Shown: positions 42,481 to 59,655 of the stretch, in pieces
Layout: every line of letters begins with the position of its first letter
How positions within the stretch are numbered: position 1 is the first letter of the stretch
Assembly (NCBI RefSeq): GCF_009914755.1
Contig: NC_060928.1
Strand: one strand, 5' to 3'
Length of the DNA: 64,000 nucleotides
From: the human T2T-CHM13v2.0 reference genome, Homo sapiens
Position numbers and translations under genes: made by a program
The notes under the pieces: model-generated
Told to the model about the DNA's origin: nothing
Seen by the model: only the letters and a program-made list of their open reading frames with translations
The model's database searches: none

Positions 42481-43837
42481 AAGTGAGGAAAACTGACAGT
42501 GAGAGACTGAAATAAAGTTGCTCTATCATTATTTTCCATGAGTTGTGCCTATTTACTATTCAGTTGTCACTTATAATCTTAGCCCATTTTTTCCCATGTG
42601 CTTTTCTGCTCTTGTTTCATTGAGTTCCATTGCATCCTGTTGAGGATGCTCAATGGGTCTCTACAATGTTCCAATGTTCCTCTGATTCTGGTAGTAAAAC
42701 ATTTTCAAAGATCCTCTGAGTCTTTAGGATAATATTACATTTTTCTTCTTTGACAATATCCTTTGCCTAGGCTTTATGTGACTTTCTTTTCCCCTCTAAG
42801 GTTTCATTGTCAAGTAAGGGGACACCTATCCAGACCTGTGCTTTCTGATAGAATGGGATGGGAAGATGGTCACTGGCGACATTCTCTGTCCATCTGGATT
42901 CTGAACCTCCGTTTCAGAGCTACAGCTCAATGGCATTTATGTAAATGATTTCTAGGCCAATACCTGGTGTCTGTTATTTTGGCATTTTTTTTTTAGAGCA
43001 GCCAAATATGTATCCTAGTGAGTACACTTGAGTAATTACATGCCTTTTCATTCTTATCTTAGCATCTTAGGCTCCATAATCACTAACAATATGTGCAATT
43101 CTTTCTTGATGCATACATGGAGACCCCAGCGAAGGAATTCTCTCTTTTTCGTGCTGGGGTGGTTGCATACATTTGTGAAACTGAGCAATTGGAAGAGAAA
43201 TGAAGCTGGGAGCCACTTTCAGCCAGTTTGTTAGGGGCTGCCCCATTTCATCACGTAGCTGTAAGGTTCTTAGGCTGGTACTGCATGTGGCTCATAAAAT
43301 GTATTCAAGTTTAGCTAGCCCAGAGGATACCACACCTCCAGCATCCCCCATCCATGTACCACTCATCCATCATCAGACACTTTAAAACTTGCTTGTAGAC
43401 ATTCTATTTCCTGAGTGCTGCTTTGCCAGGATCCTGGAGCTATGAGCATTTACCCAGTCTGTTAGAAACAGTTACACTGGTCCTAAGACTTTGACAATAG
43501 CCTAATAAAAACTCCAGTTCCACTGTAATGAGATACCACTTTATGCCTATGAGGATGGCTATAATAATACTAATTCCCACTCTACCTTTAATTCCCCTCT
43601 ATCCCCTATTCAGAAACAGAAGCCATATCCTCTGCAGAAAATGCAGTAGTTATCTCCCTTAATCTTGGATGCTGCTTTTTAAGGCAGCCAGACTAATATT
43701 TTCTTCCCCAATCTATACACTGCCCCCTTCTTCAGCAATGACAATTCTCTAAAAGTAAATGAGCATAGATCAGGGCCTGGAAGAGAAAGTGGAGGAAATA
43801 GACTGACAATTTGTATCCTTAGACACATAAATTAAGG

Positions 43838-44015
43838 TAGGATAGGCACAGTGGCTCATGCCTGTAAATCCCAGCACTTTGGGAGGCTGAGGGGGGAGAA
43901 TCACTTGAGGCCAGGAGTTCAAGACCAGCCTAGGCAATATATTGACACCCTGTCTCTACAACATTTAAAAAAAAGAAAAAAAGAAAGAAAGTAAGAAAGA
44001 AAAAAATTAAAGAAA
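43838..44015 (+). mobile_element. Alu monomer (FLAM/left arm)
   Basis: A single left monomer followed by an A-rich tail. Confidence 0.85.
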
Positions 44016-44479
44016 AATTCTGTATGGGAAGGAGAAAAAAGTACCCTGAAACATACTAGGGATTATATTTTTTCACTTACTTCCTCTCTTCAGTCACTCA
44101 GAAAAGTTAGTAAGAGGAAGAGAAAATCCTATTTCAGCCTCCTTGTACCTCAGGAGAAGAGAACAGAGGTGATGTTGAAAATATGTAACCACTGGAATGG
44201 CATGGGCATGGATCATGCAGAAGAGATGCTAGCCATAACCTGGTCTAACATTACCAGTGAGCATTGCCTCAGTGTGCCTTGGATGAGAGCTTTTTAGACT
44301 CCGAGAACGGACCCAGGAGCTATCATCTGGCTGACAGATCTTCACCCCAATTACCTGAGTGCCTGTATTTCAGTCTTGGTCCAGCATTGGCTGGACCTGA
44401 GCCTCTGGCTTGTCCCAATGATTCTTTTCCTCGGTGCATACAGAGAAGGCTGGTCATTATCACACAATCCACTCTCCCT

Positions 44480-44760
44480 TTTTTCTATGATAAGGAGTAA
44501 CAGAAGTTGAAAATCCAGTCACCCAGCCAAGGATTCCATTTCCTACCATCTCTTGCATTGTTGTGCGACTAGGTCATCACCTATGGGATGTGAGCCAATG
44601 TCCTGACGTTAAAAGGGGTGGAAGATGCCTTCCTCTTGCCTAGTTCTACCATTTGCTTGGCTGGAATGTGGAAATAGCAGTGAAAGCTGAGATAGCCATC
44701 TTGGCCACAGGACAGAATCCAAGTGTTGACAACCACAGAGCAACTACAGAAGGAACTTTG
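44480..44760 (+). mobile_element. Old MLT1 LTR fragment
   Basis: CCCAGCCAAGGA...GCTTGGCTGGAATGTGGA...GCCATCTTGGCCAC. Confidence 0.5.
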
Positions 44761-44919
44761 TTCTCTGAAGGTTGTGGAACTATGATATCCCTCTCTAAGC
44801 CTAAATACCATCATTATAGCATCAACTGCTTAACTCTCCTTAAGTGCAGCAAGGGAACTTCAGCATTTAAACTCTATGCAAATGACGACACACATACCAT
44901 ACTCTATTTGGCAAAGATG

Positions 44920-45065
44920 ACCTGTAATGTGTGCAGGAATCACCTGGGAGTCTTGTTAAAATGAAGTCTGTTTCAGTAGGTCTGGGCTGAGGCCTGACAT
45001 TCAGCATTTCTCACAAGCTGTGATGCCAGTGATGCTAGTTGGGTCATGTCCTGGATCTAAAGCAA
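44920..45065. mobile_element. MER5A/B-like
   Basis: GAATCACCTGGGAGTCTTGTTAAAATG...TCAGTAGGTCTGGGCTGAGGCCTG...GCATTTCTCACAAGCT. Confidence 0.78.
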
Positions 45066-45071
45066 TGAACC

Positions 45072-45204
45072 TGAGTTCGAGATGAGCCTGGTGAACATAG
45101 CAAGATCCCATCTCTAAAACTAAAAAAGAGGCAGGTGCACCTATAGTCCCAGCTACTTGGGTGGCTGAGGCAGGAGGATGGCTTGAGCCCAGGAGCTCAA
45201 GGCA
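45072..45204 (+). mobile_element. Internal AluJ fragment (no 5' end, no tail)
   Basis: GAGTTCGAGATGAGCCTGG...CCTATAGTCCCAGCTACTTGGG...GCTTGAGCCCAGGAG. Confidence 0.75.
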
Positions 45205-45259
45205 TGTATCAGTAGCGGAGCTGGGCAGGTAGGTATCAGAGAAGTTACCCCTTGAGCTA

Positions 45260-45880
45260 CAGTCTATCAAAATGCCCCCTTCTCAGTAAGGCCTCACCAG
45301 GCCATTTTCTTTAAAACTACATTTTTCTTTAGAACTACAACCATACCCTGACAACTCCCTGCTTTATTTCCCTCCTCACCTGCACCTTGGAGAGCTTGTA
45401 AACATCCAAATGTCATGCATTACACGTGTTAATTTTGTTTATTTGCTGTCTCCTCCCTGTGGAATTTAAGCTACAGTCTGCATGGAGTGAATGAATGGCA
45501 GCCAGGTGAAGCTCAGTAAATGTAGAAACAGAATGCCTGCAGGTCGGCAGGCATGTGGTCCACATTGTCAACATCAGCTGGGGGGAGGGATCAGAGATAG
45601 AACCACGCCTTTCTGCAGCCCTCAGACACCTCAAATAATGCAGTGATCTTATATATAAGACTAGTCCTCAAAAATTACTCTTCCAATCCTCCTACCACTT
45701 CTGTTAATCCTCATTTATGGAGATCTCACTTACCACAGAGAGCCAGCCCCTTCCCGGCAACTCTGTAGGGCAAATATTATCAGCCCCATTCCATAGATGA
45801 AGGTACTGAGGCTTTGAGAATGTGGATATTTAGCCAAGAAGCAGAGTGCAGAACTAAATCCAATTCTATTTAGTGTCAAA
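45260..45880. mobile_element. L2(+) ~45260-45540 and MIR(-) ~45750-45880
   Basis: TCTCCTCCCTGTGGAATTTAAGCT; CCCCATTCCATAGATGAAGGTACTGAGGCT. Confidence 0.6.
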
Positions 45881-47489
45881 GATATGAGGGTTTTGATGTG
45901 AGAGGACCTCAGGCTGCAGGTCAAATAACTCCAGTGTTGGAAAGTAAGGCTGGAGAGGCTGTGGACCAGGTGATGTGTGTATCTTCCTGGAATCTCCACC
46001 CCAGGTATTCCTTCTCTGATGACTGGCCTTAGGACCCTCTTCCAAGCAACTCCTCTGGGACCCTGCTGGCTTATCTGACCCGTGTTTTGGCTGCTGTTCC
46101 TTGTGTGAAACATATTATTCTAATGATGTCTACTCCCCACCCCCTTCAACTCTTCACAAGTCTGTCTTCCAGCAATGTCCGTCCACTGGGCCCACCTGAT
46201 AGTCCCCTCTCCTTGTATCACCCTAGAGTGATGCTCGGCATAGAGTGTCACTGTGACAGCAAAAAAGCATAGATGAAGAGAACTCAACGCCCCCGCCGCC
46301 CCACTCCTCACGCTTCCTGATACATTAGGGAACACCCCTTAAGCCATAATTGCCGCTGGTGTCAGTAAACATTTTAACAGGCAAAAACATGGCCACTGCA
46401 CTTCTAAGGGAATCTGAGTCTGTAAATGAAGAGAATTCTGTCGATACTCACTTCCATCCAATTCCACAAACAAGCATTCATGGAGTGCCTGTCTGCTCAG
46501 GGGCTCCACCTCTTGGGGGGATAGGGGGTGGGAGGAGGGAGTCCTTAAAGCTAAGGAAAGGATTTCTGCATTCAGCTTCGCTCCCTGCCCCCAGCCTGTT
46601 AGGAAAGCTTGCACAGGTCCTCAAACAGAATCCCGCACCTGAGACCTGCACCTTCCGACCAGCGAGTGCTCTGCCTCCATTATGAAAGTGTCTCTGCAAT
46701 TACAGTGACAGGTGGAGAGTGCCTGAGAGACAACCTGGCTCTCCCTCTTCCTGGGAGTGACACATAATCATGCCCTGCATTTAGAGAGTGCCCTTCTCTG
46801 AGGAACTTGAATGGCCTTCTTGACATAATCGCATTCATTCTTCCAACTGCCTTATGAGGCCGACCAGGGACAGGTATTCTTTGCTAACCCTGCCTGCCCC
46901 ATTTCTAGAGGAGAGAAGTGAGGCCCCAAGAAATTAAAGTCAAAATGAGACTATCAGCAAGCGAGTAATAAAACCTGGGTCTCCTGACCCCCATCCCGCA
47001 AACCTCCCGTTCCTCCCTTCCTGTCAGCCTGCACACAAGTGCGGATGTTTATGTTTCTACACAAGGACTTTTAAAAAAGGTTAGCTTTGTGAATCTGTGC
47101 TTCTCCGAGTAGGACAAGGTGAGCCAGCCCAAATAGAGAATTCAGGGTTTAAAATAAATAAGAAGCAAAGAGAAGATTGAGAGAGGGCAGAAAAGGGGGG
47201 ATGGGAGGCCCCCAAAGCTCAGAATGGGGTCTCAGTTGATGGTAACATCTGAAGGCATAGGTGTGTGCTTTATATCAGGCATGGAACTCTGTGCATAATG
47301 TTCCACGATTCAGACACAAGGACTGATGCCTTGTTTAGTCTTCAGGGTTCGTTGGTTTTGAGAATATTCAAAACACAGGCAGATGGCCATGGTTTATGGT
47401 TCTGCACTCTCAGCTGTGGCTGCTCAGGTGTCCAGGTTGTTGATAAACAAGGAATAGAACACGGCATTGAATAGAACAATGACAGTGAT

Positions 47490-47650
47490 AACAGCTAACA
47501 TTTATTGATCACAAGCATAACTATTCACGTTTTATCATATTTGATCCTCCCAACAACCTTATGAGGTTGTACTGTTATCTCATTTTATGTTAGAGAAAAC
47601 TGAGGCTTAAAGAATATGGCTGATGAGCCTAATATACTTAGCCTGACTTT
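47490..47650 (-). mobile_element. MIR
   Basis: AACATTTATTGA...ATCCTCCCAACAACCTTATGAGG...GAAAACTGAGGCTT. Confidence 0.78.
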
Positions 47651-47955
47651 TCTCTAATATTCCCAGAGTCATTTAAATGTTTCTGCAAGGAAAGACTGAA
47701 AATTGGTAGAGCAGAAAGTTTCCTAACAGTCATTGGAATTTTTTTTTATTATTATACTTTAAGTTTTAGGGTACATGTGCACAATGTGCAGGTTAGTTAC
47801 ATATGTATACATGTGCCATGCTGGTGTGCTGCACCAATTAACTTGTCATTTAGCATTAGGTTTATCTCCTAATGCTGTCCCTCCCCCCTCCCCCCACCCC
47901 ACAACAGTCCCCAGAGTGTGATGTTCCCCTTCCTGTGTCCATGTGTTCTCATTGT

Positions 47956-51779
<3,824 letters not shown>

Positions 51780-51842
51780 TATGATGTTAGCTGGTTATTT
51801 TGCTCGTTAGTTGATGCAGTTTCTTCTTCGTCTCAATGGTCT

Positions 51843-52858
51843 TTACATTTTGGCATGATTTTGCAGTGGCTGGTACTGATTGTGCCTTTCCATGTTTAGT
51901 GCTTCCTTCAGGAGCTCTTTAAGGCAGGCCTGGTCGTGACAAAATGTCTCAGCATTTGCTTATCTGTAAAGTATTTTCTTTCTCCTTCACTTATGAAGCT
52001 TAGTTTGGCTGGATATGAAATTCTGGGTTGAAAATTCTTTTCTTTAAGAATGTTGAATATTGGCCCCCACTCTCTTCTGGCTTGTAGAGTTTCTGTCGAG
52101 AAATCCGCTATTAGTCTGATGGGCTTCCCTTTGTGGGTAACCTGACTTTTCTCTCTGGCTGCCCTTAACATTTTTTCCTTCATTTCAGCTTTGGTGAGTC
52201 TGACAATTATGTGTCTTGGAGTTGCTCTTCTTGAGGAGTATCTTTGTGGCGTTCTCTGTATTTCCTGAATCTGAATGTTGACCTGCCTTGCTAGACTGGG
52301 GAAGTTCTCCTGGAGAATATCCTGCAGAGTGTTTTCCAACTTGGTTCCATTCTTCCCATCACTTTCAGGTACACCAATCAGACACAGATTTGGTCTTTTC
52401 CCATAGTCCCATATTTCTTGGAGGCTTTGTTCATTTCTTTTTATTCTTTTTTCTTTAAACTTCCCTTCTCACTTCATTTCATTCATTTCATCTTCCCTCA
52501 CTGATACCCTTTCTTCCAGTTGATCGCATCAGCTCCTGAGGCTTCTGCATTCTTCACTTAGTTCTCGAGCTTTGGCTTTCAGCTCCATCAGCTCCTTTAA
52601 GCACTTCTCTGTATTGGTTATTCTAGTTATACATTTGTCTAAAGTTTTTTCAAAGTTTTCAACTTCTTTGCCTTTGGTTTGAATTTCCTCCTGTAGCTCG
52701 GAGTAGTTTGATCGTCTGAAGCCTTCTTCTCTCAACTCGTCAAAATCATTCTCCGTCCAGCTTCGTTCTGTTGCTGGTGAGGAACTGTGTTCCTTTGGAG
52801 GAGGAGAGGCGCTCTGCTTTTTAGAGTTTCCAGTTTTTCTGCTCTGTTTTTTCCCCAT
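51843..52858 (-). pseudogene. L1 ORF1, disrupted
   Basis: MGKKQSRKTGNSKKQSAS...; premature TGA after codon 109 and a later frameshift; REKS/ARREW/YPAKLS motifs in the 51908-52339 piece. Confidence 0.96.
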
Positions 52859-54333
52859 CTTTGTGGTTTTATCTACTTTTGGTCTTTGATGATGGTGATG
52901 TTACAGATGGGTTTTTGGTGTGGATGTCCTTTCTGTTTGTTAGTTTTCCTTCTAACAGACAGGACCCTCAGCTGCAGGTCTGTTGGAGTTTGCTAGAGGT
53001 CCACTCCAGACCCTGTTTGCCTGGATATCAGCAGCAGTGGCTGCAGAACCATGGATTTTCGTGATCCGTGAATGCTGCTGTCTAATCGCTCCTCTGGAAG
53101 TTTTGTCTCAGAGGAGTACCCAGCTGTGTGAGGTATCAGTCTGCCCCTACTGGGGGTTGCCTCCCAGTTAGGCTGCTCAGGGGTCAGGGGTCAGGGACCC
53201 ACTTGAGGAGGCAGTCTGCCCGTTCTCAGATCTCCAGCTGCGTGCTGGGAGAACCACTGCTCTCCTCAAAGCTGTCAGACAGGGACATTTAAGTCTGCAG
53301 AGGTTACTGCTGTCTTTTTTTTTGTCTGTGCCCTGCCCCCAGAGGTGGAGCCTACAGAGGCAGGCAGGCCTCCTTGAGCTGTGGTGGGCTCCACCCAGTT
53401 GGAGCTTCCCGGCTGCTTTGTTTACCTAAGCGAGCCTGGGCAATGGCAGGCGCCCCTCCCCCAGCCTTGCTGCTGCCTTGCAGTTTGATCTCAGACTGCT
53501 GTGCTAGCAATCTGTGAGACTCCGTAGCCATAGGACCCTCCAAGCCATGTGCAGGATATAATCTCCTGGTGCGCCATTTCCTAAGCCCGTCAGAAAAGCA
53601 CAGTATTCGGGTGGGAATGGCCCGATTTTCCAGGTGCGGTCTGTCACCCCTTTCCTTGACCAGGAAAGGGAACTCCCTGATCCCTTGCACTTCCCTAGTA
53701 AGGCAATGCCTCGCCCTGCTTCGGCTGCTGCACAGTGCGCTGCACCCACTGTCCTGCGCCCACTGTCTGGCACTCCCTAGTGAAATGAACCCATTACCTC
53801 AGATGGAAAGGCAGAAATCACCCGTCTTCTGCGTCGCTCACGCTGGGAGCTGTAGACCGGAGCTGTTCCTATTCGGCCATCTTGGCTCCTCCCCCCCGTC
53901 ACTGGAATTTTTGATTCCCGAGAAAGCAAGTGAAATGATTAGTAGTCAATACTGGGAAGCATACCTCGCTTTAAAAAATGTAGTGACAGTTTTCCTATTA
54001 GAGAAACTTCAACCAGAAAATGATCACCCTAATGAAAAATTCAAACATTTAGATAAGTTCTGTGGAGGTCTAATATAAGTTGATTTTCCTTTAGTTCTTG
54101 GAAAATAAGTTTTAAACCAAATGACACAAATAGTATTTTAAAAAGAAATTTGCAGTAGCAAGACTGTAAGCCTGTTGAGGTTAGCAAATGTATCTTGGAT
54201 ATCTCCCAGGACAGGTACTTACCTTTCCCTTGCTCTGCACCTGGAAGGGTTTATGAGCACTTGGTACAGTTGCAAAGGCCTGCCAGGTAGGCAATTTGAG
54301 AGAGTTGGCAGACCATTAGATTAAGAGTCAGGT

Positions 54334-54639
54334 GGCCAGGCATGGTGGCTCATGCCTGTAATCCCAGCATTTTGGGAGGCCAAGGCAGATAGATTGCTCG
54401 AGGCCAGGAGTTCAAGACCAGCCTGGCCAACATGGTGAAACCCTGTCTCTACTAAAAATGCAAAAATTAGCTGGGTGTGGTGGTGCACACCTGTAATCCC
54501 AGCTGCTCGGGAGGCTGAGGCATGAGACTAGTTTGAACCCAGGAGGTGGATGTTACAGTGAGCGGAGATCATGCCACTGCACTCCAGCTTGGGTGACAGA
54601 GCAAGCTTCTGTCTCAAAAAAAAAAAAAAAAAAAAAAAA
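54334..54639 (+). mobile_element. AluSx/Sz-like inserted in a MIR fragment
   Basis: Dimeric Alu with AGTCAGG on both flanks; MIR-like CCTCAATTTCTTTAGCTGTATAATGGGG follows. Confidence 0.92.
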
Positions 54640-55139
54640 GTCAGGAGACCTTAGGCAAAACACTTTTCTTCTGTGGACCTCAATTTCTTTAGCTGTATAA
54701 TGGGGGCTTAACTATTAGTGCATAACTCCAGGAACTTACTCTGGAGTACAGAAAATGTTGCTGCTGCTAAACCTCAAGGGAAGGAGAGATGCCTAGTTCA
54801 TACACTACCCTTCTAGTGCTTTCATTCCATAAAGATCACAGGGTCCCTCTGCTGCTTTACTACCCATTAATAAGGCCAGGAACCCCCCACTGCCCCCAAA
54901 ATAGACTTGTTCAATGTCACATTCCCATGATAAATGTGCTTAGCACATAGCAGCTATTCAATAAATACTTGTAAAGAAAAAACTGAATGAATATTTGCGA
55001 AAGAGTAAATGAATACACGGACATCTTTGGGAAATCAAGGAATAAAGATACCTTTGATTACAAAGAATCCAAAGCTTTTCCTCAAGATATTCACAGATCT
55101 TTTAAAATTTGATTTAACTTAGACAGTAAATTGAAAGAT

Positions 55140-56230
55140 ATGGAATACAAATGGCCAAGGAGAATATGAAAAAGTTGTTTAATCTCTAGCAATGAGGAAA
55201 CCACAAATTAAAACAGTAACAAAATTTTTTTATTTAATTAGGGAAAAAATTCAATAAGGGAGGAGATGCTATTGATAGATATGTAATTTGATAAAGACCA
55301 TGCAGGACAATTTGATGTTTCGCTCAAAAGTAAATGTGAATACCATTTAGTTCCTCTTCTGGCTATCTATTCTATAAAAACACCCACTTTGTACCCAGAG
55401 ATGTGTATAAAGGATGTTCATTACAGCATTCTACTTAATAGTGAAAAACTAGGAACAATTTAAATGGCCAATAGGGGAGTGCCTTCATCAGAATATACTA
55501 GATTATGCTATAGTTAAAAAATAAAAAATCAGTGGCTTAACAAAGACTTTCTACAAAGTCTTCTCTGAATCTAGGCAACTCCTGGGGCAACCTCTATTCA
55601 TGTCAAGATTCAGCAATCCAGGTTCTCTTGATCCTGTGGCTTTATCATCTCAATAGGAGGCCTTCTTTACTGTGGCAGGGAACAGAGGGCTAGAAGGTCT
55701 TATACCTGCAATGAAATACTGGAACGCAAAAGTGATACAAGTCACTTCTTCTCTCAACCCACCGGCTAGAGCTAGTCATGTGGCTCCAAATAGCTTCAAT
55801 AAAACAAACAGTAGAATTCTCTCATGTGTCCAAGGGAAAGAAGAACTAGATATAGGTGAGCACCAGAAGTCTCACACCCAGGAAAAGGCTAAATCATATA
55901 TCCATGCTATGGAATACTATACAGCTATTTAAAAGCATTAGGCAGATCTATATTTAGTGATTTTTTAAAAAAGATCTAAGACTTCAATAAGCAAATATCT
56001 TAAGCAACTTGATCTCCCTTATATTAAAAATATGTTTATATATATTTGTATGTGTGCAAATGAATAGCAAAAGGTTTATGTAGAATGATACAGTCCAACA
56101 GTGGTTATCTGGGAGCAAGGAGTTGATTGGAGGAAGACTCAGATGAAGGGGACTTTCAAGTTTCCCTGTGTATTCTTCTGCATTGTTTACCTCTTTTAAA
56201 ATGAAATTGTATTCACATAATTTAAATTGC
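55140..56230 (+). mobile_element. L1ME-like 3' fragments interrupted by a minus-strand MLT1 LTR (~55485-55880)
   Basis: GGATGTTCATTACAGCAT...ATGGAATACTATACAGCT; LTR-like AAATCAGTGGCTTAACA...AGAGCTAGTCATGTGGC. Confidence 0.65.
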
Positions 56231-57428
56231 TTTTACATTTGTAAAAAGTAAGTAAACACATCTGGAAACCTATCTCCTCTAGCAGCTCTTTAATAGGCTT
56301 TGAGATTTTTTTTTCCAAAAATGCAAATATATAAATTTTAGCAAAATAGTTGCCTGTATTTTGTTGTCATAGCCAGAGGCACTTAGTCACAGAAAGGACT
56401 TAGAATATATCATTATCTTCAGTCTATACCCTGGAAACAGAATCTGACTCTGAATTGTTGGCACATGTCTGCTGGGCAGTTAGGAGCAATACCCATGAGT
56501 GGTGACAGAAGCCAGCCTGGACACCGAGAGAGACTGAACCGTCACATAGTCACAATGGAGGCCTCGGTGGATCGGATTGACCACTCTGACCTTCAGAATT
56601 GCTCTGCCTTGAGGCAACTGCCCCATCCCCATCCAGCAGCTCTTACTTAGCTGGGGCTGCCCCAGGGTGTGGGTGTGACAGTGACCAAGGACCTCCCAGA
56701 GAGGACTAAGCTGGATGCACTTCAGCCACCAACACAGACAGCAACTGGGGCAATGAGAGTCCCAGCTTGAAGCGGGGATCTGGACTGTTCTTCACCAAGG
56801 ATCCCACTACCATCACATCCCCAACTTCACCCAGAGAGTGATAGTTTAACTAATGGCATAGCAAGAGCCCAACCTGGGGAGTAGAAAACTGGGCCTTACC
56901 TAGCACATAGCATACATTCAGCAAGTATTTGTTTGATGAACAAATGAATGGCGCTATCCTTGGACCAGGCTCACAGAAGCCTGAGGAGCCTGTGAGAGTG
57001 GATCAGGGAATAGGATCCCTAAAGCAGAGTCTCCATGCATTGCAGAAACAAATCCAGGTGAGTCTGGACCTCAGACTCTCTAGGCCTCACCCTTTTGATT
57101 TCTCACATTATTCTCACAGGCATGGAAGGAGGGAAGACCTGGAGGTTGCAAGAGGCTGATAAGCCAGCCTGTGATCATCCAGGCTTCCAGCTCCTCCTCT
57201 TCCCCTTCCTTCCATCTGCCCCATCTGGTCATTTCTCTGCTCCTCAGCACTTTCTTCTAAGGGCATCCATGGGAAGAAGGAGATAAAGCTCTAGACAGAT
57301 GCTGTGCCACTGGAGGGTAGCCCTGGAGAAAATATTACAGCTATTAAAGGAGAGTTGGCTCCTATTGACTCCTAAGACACCAGCTAATTATTGGTTAAAA
57401 TGGGTTGAAGTCCTTGGAATGTTCTAGG

Positions 57429-57912
<484 letters not shown>

Positions 57913-57984
57913 CCTTAGAGAAGGAGAATACAGATATGTGTCACTGACTTAAGAGTCAAAATTATATATCATCATCACCACCTG

Positions 57985-58190
57985 ACCACTAACACCTTGT
58001 TGTGCTAAATGCTTTGAACACTTTTTCTCACTTGATTTTTAAAGAGCCCTCAAAATAGCTATTATAGCCATGCCCCATTTACAGAAGGAAGAAGTGAGAC
58101 CAGGGATCCTTAGTGACCAGCTAGCATGTGGTAAAGCCAGCACTGCAACACAAGTCCATCAGAGTCCTGGTCCTGGGTTCTTCACCACTT
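57985..58190 (-). mobile_element. MIR
   Basis: CCCCATTTACAGAAGGAAGAAGTGAGAC. Confidence 0.6.
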
Positions 58191-58324
58191 CACAGGAGAG
58201 AGAGCATAGCTTTGAAGCAGTCTCTTCTGTGATTATGTCTTCTTGGAGGGACCTCGGCTGGGCCCCAGCTTGCTAAGAAGAGAAAGCCACTGGAGTCTTT
58301 GTGTCGTCTCTAGACAGGGAGATG

Positions 58325-58820
58325 ATGACGGTTCGCGGAATAGCTAATAGTGGATCAGCCGCTTGTGCTTAGCTGCTTCCCTGGTGCTTCGGGCAGCATC
58401 TTCCAGCTAAAGGAAGGGCTCCACGCTGAGCCATCCAGAGGATTCCTGGCTGCAAGTCCCTGGCCGGCAGGGCGGCCACTGAGCGGTCATCAAGGGCGCA
58501 GCGCTGAGCCCTGGCATGGAAACGCCGCCTCCGCCACGCCCACGTCCCCAGGCTCAGCTGCATGCTCATTGCACAGGGTCGCTGCGCTGAGCTCAGCTGA
58601 GAGATTGCTTAGCTCAGCTTTGAAATCCAACCTAAATTCACCCCCTGGGCCTGCAGACACTCTGGCCAGATGCTCTTCCCCAACCAGAGCTGGGTAATAG
58701 AAGGTGACAGGCTGAACGCGGGGACTTGGGGGCGTGGCTGAGCGGCTGACAGCTAAGAGCTCTTCTCCCCAAACGCTGGACGCTGAAGGCTGAAGGCTGG
58801 AGCTGCGTTCCTGCGCTTTT
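58325..58820. promoter_or_regulatory. CpG-enriched, GC-rich non-repeat element (candidate enhancer or promoter)
   Basis: Many retained CpGs outside any recognisable repeat; KLF/SP boxes GCCACGCCC (~58533) and GGGGCGTGGC (~58729). Confidence 0.55.
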
Positions 58821-59094
58821 TGAGGTGCACAGCTGCAGGATGGGGGTTCAGATATGCACCCAGGGGGATCAGGAATTTCATCTCTTTTTCTGGCCTAAAT
58901 GTTCCAGTGTCTTCACATGCGGGGAGTTTATTTGCCGTAGGTAGCTCCTACTCCTTTGAGGAGGGAAAGGATCCCACCCGCATCTTCAGAGTCCACTGCC
59001 ACAAACCCTGACAGAGTTATGGCTAATTTCTTAAGGTGGAAACAAATTGAGGTAATACTGGTGACTAAATGAATAAATAAAAATACACATTTCC

Positions 59095-59655
<561 letters not shown>

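Noticed and set aside
54725-54747. ACTCCAG-9nt-CTGGAGT hairpin
   Set aside because: A 7-bp stem is within chance expectation, and there is no RNA-gene context
58350-58697. 115-aa GC-rich ORF
   Set aside because: Non-ATG start, low-complexity Ala/Ser/Pro composition, no recognisable domain; expected by chance in GC-rich DNA
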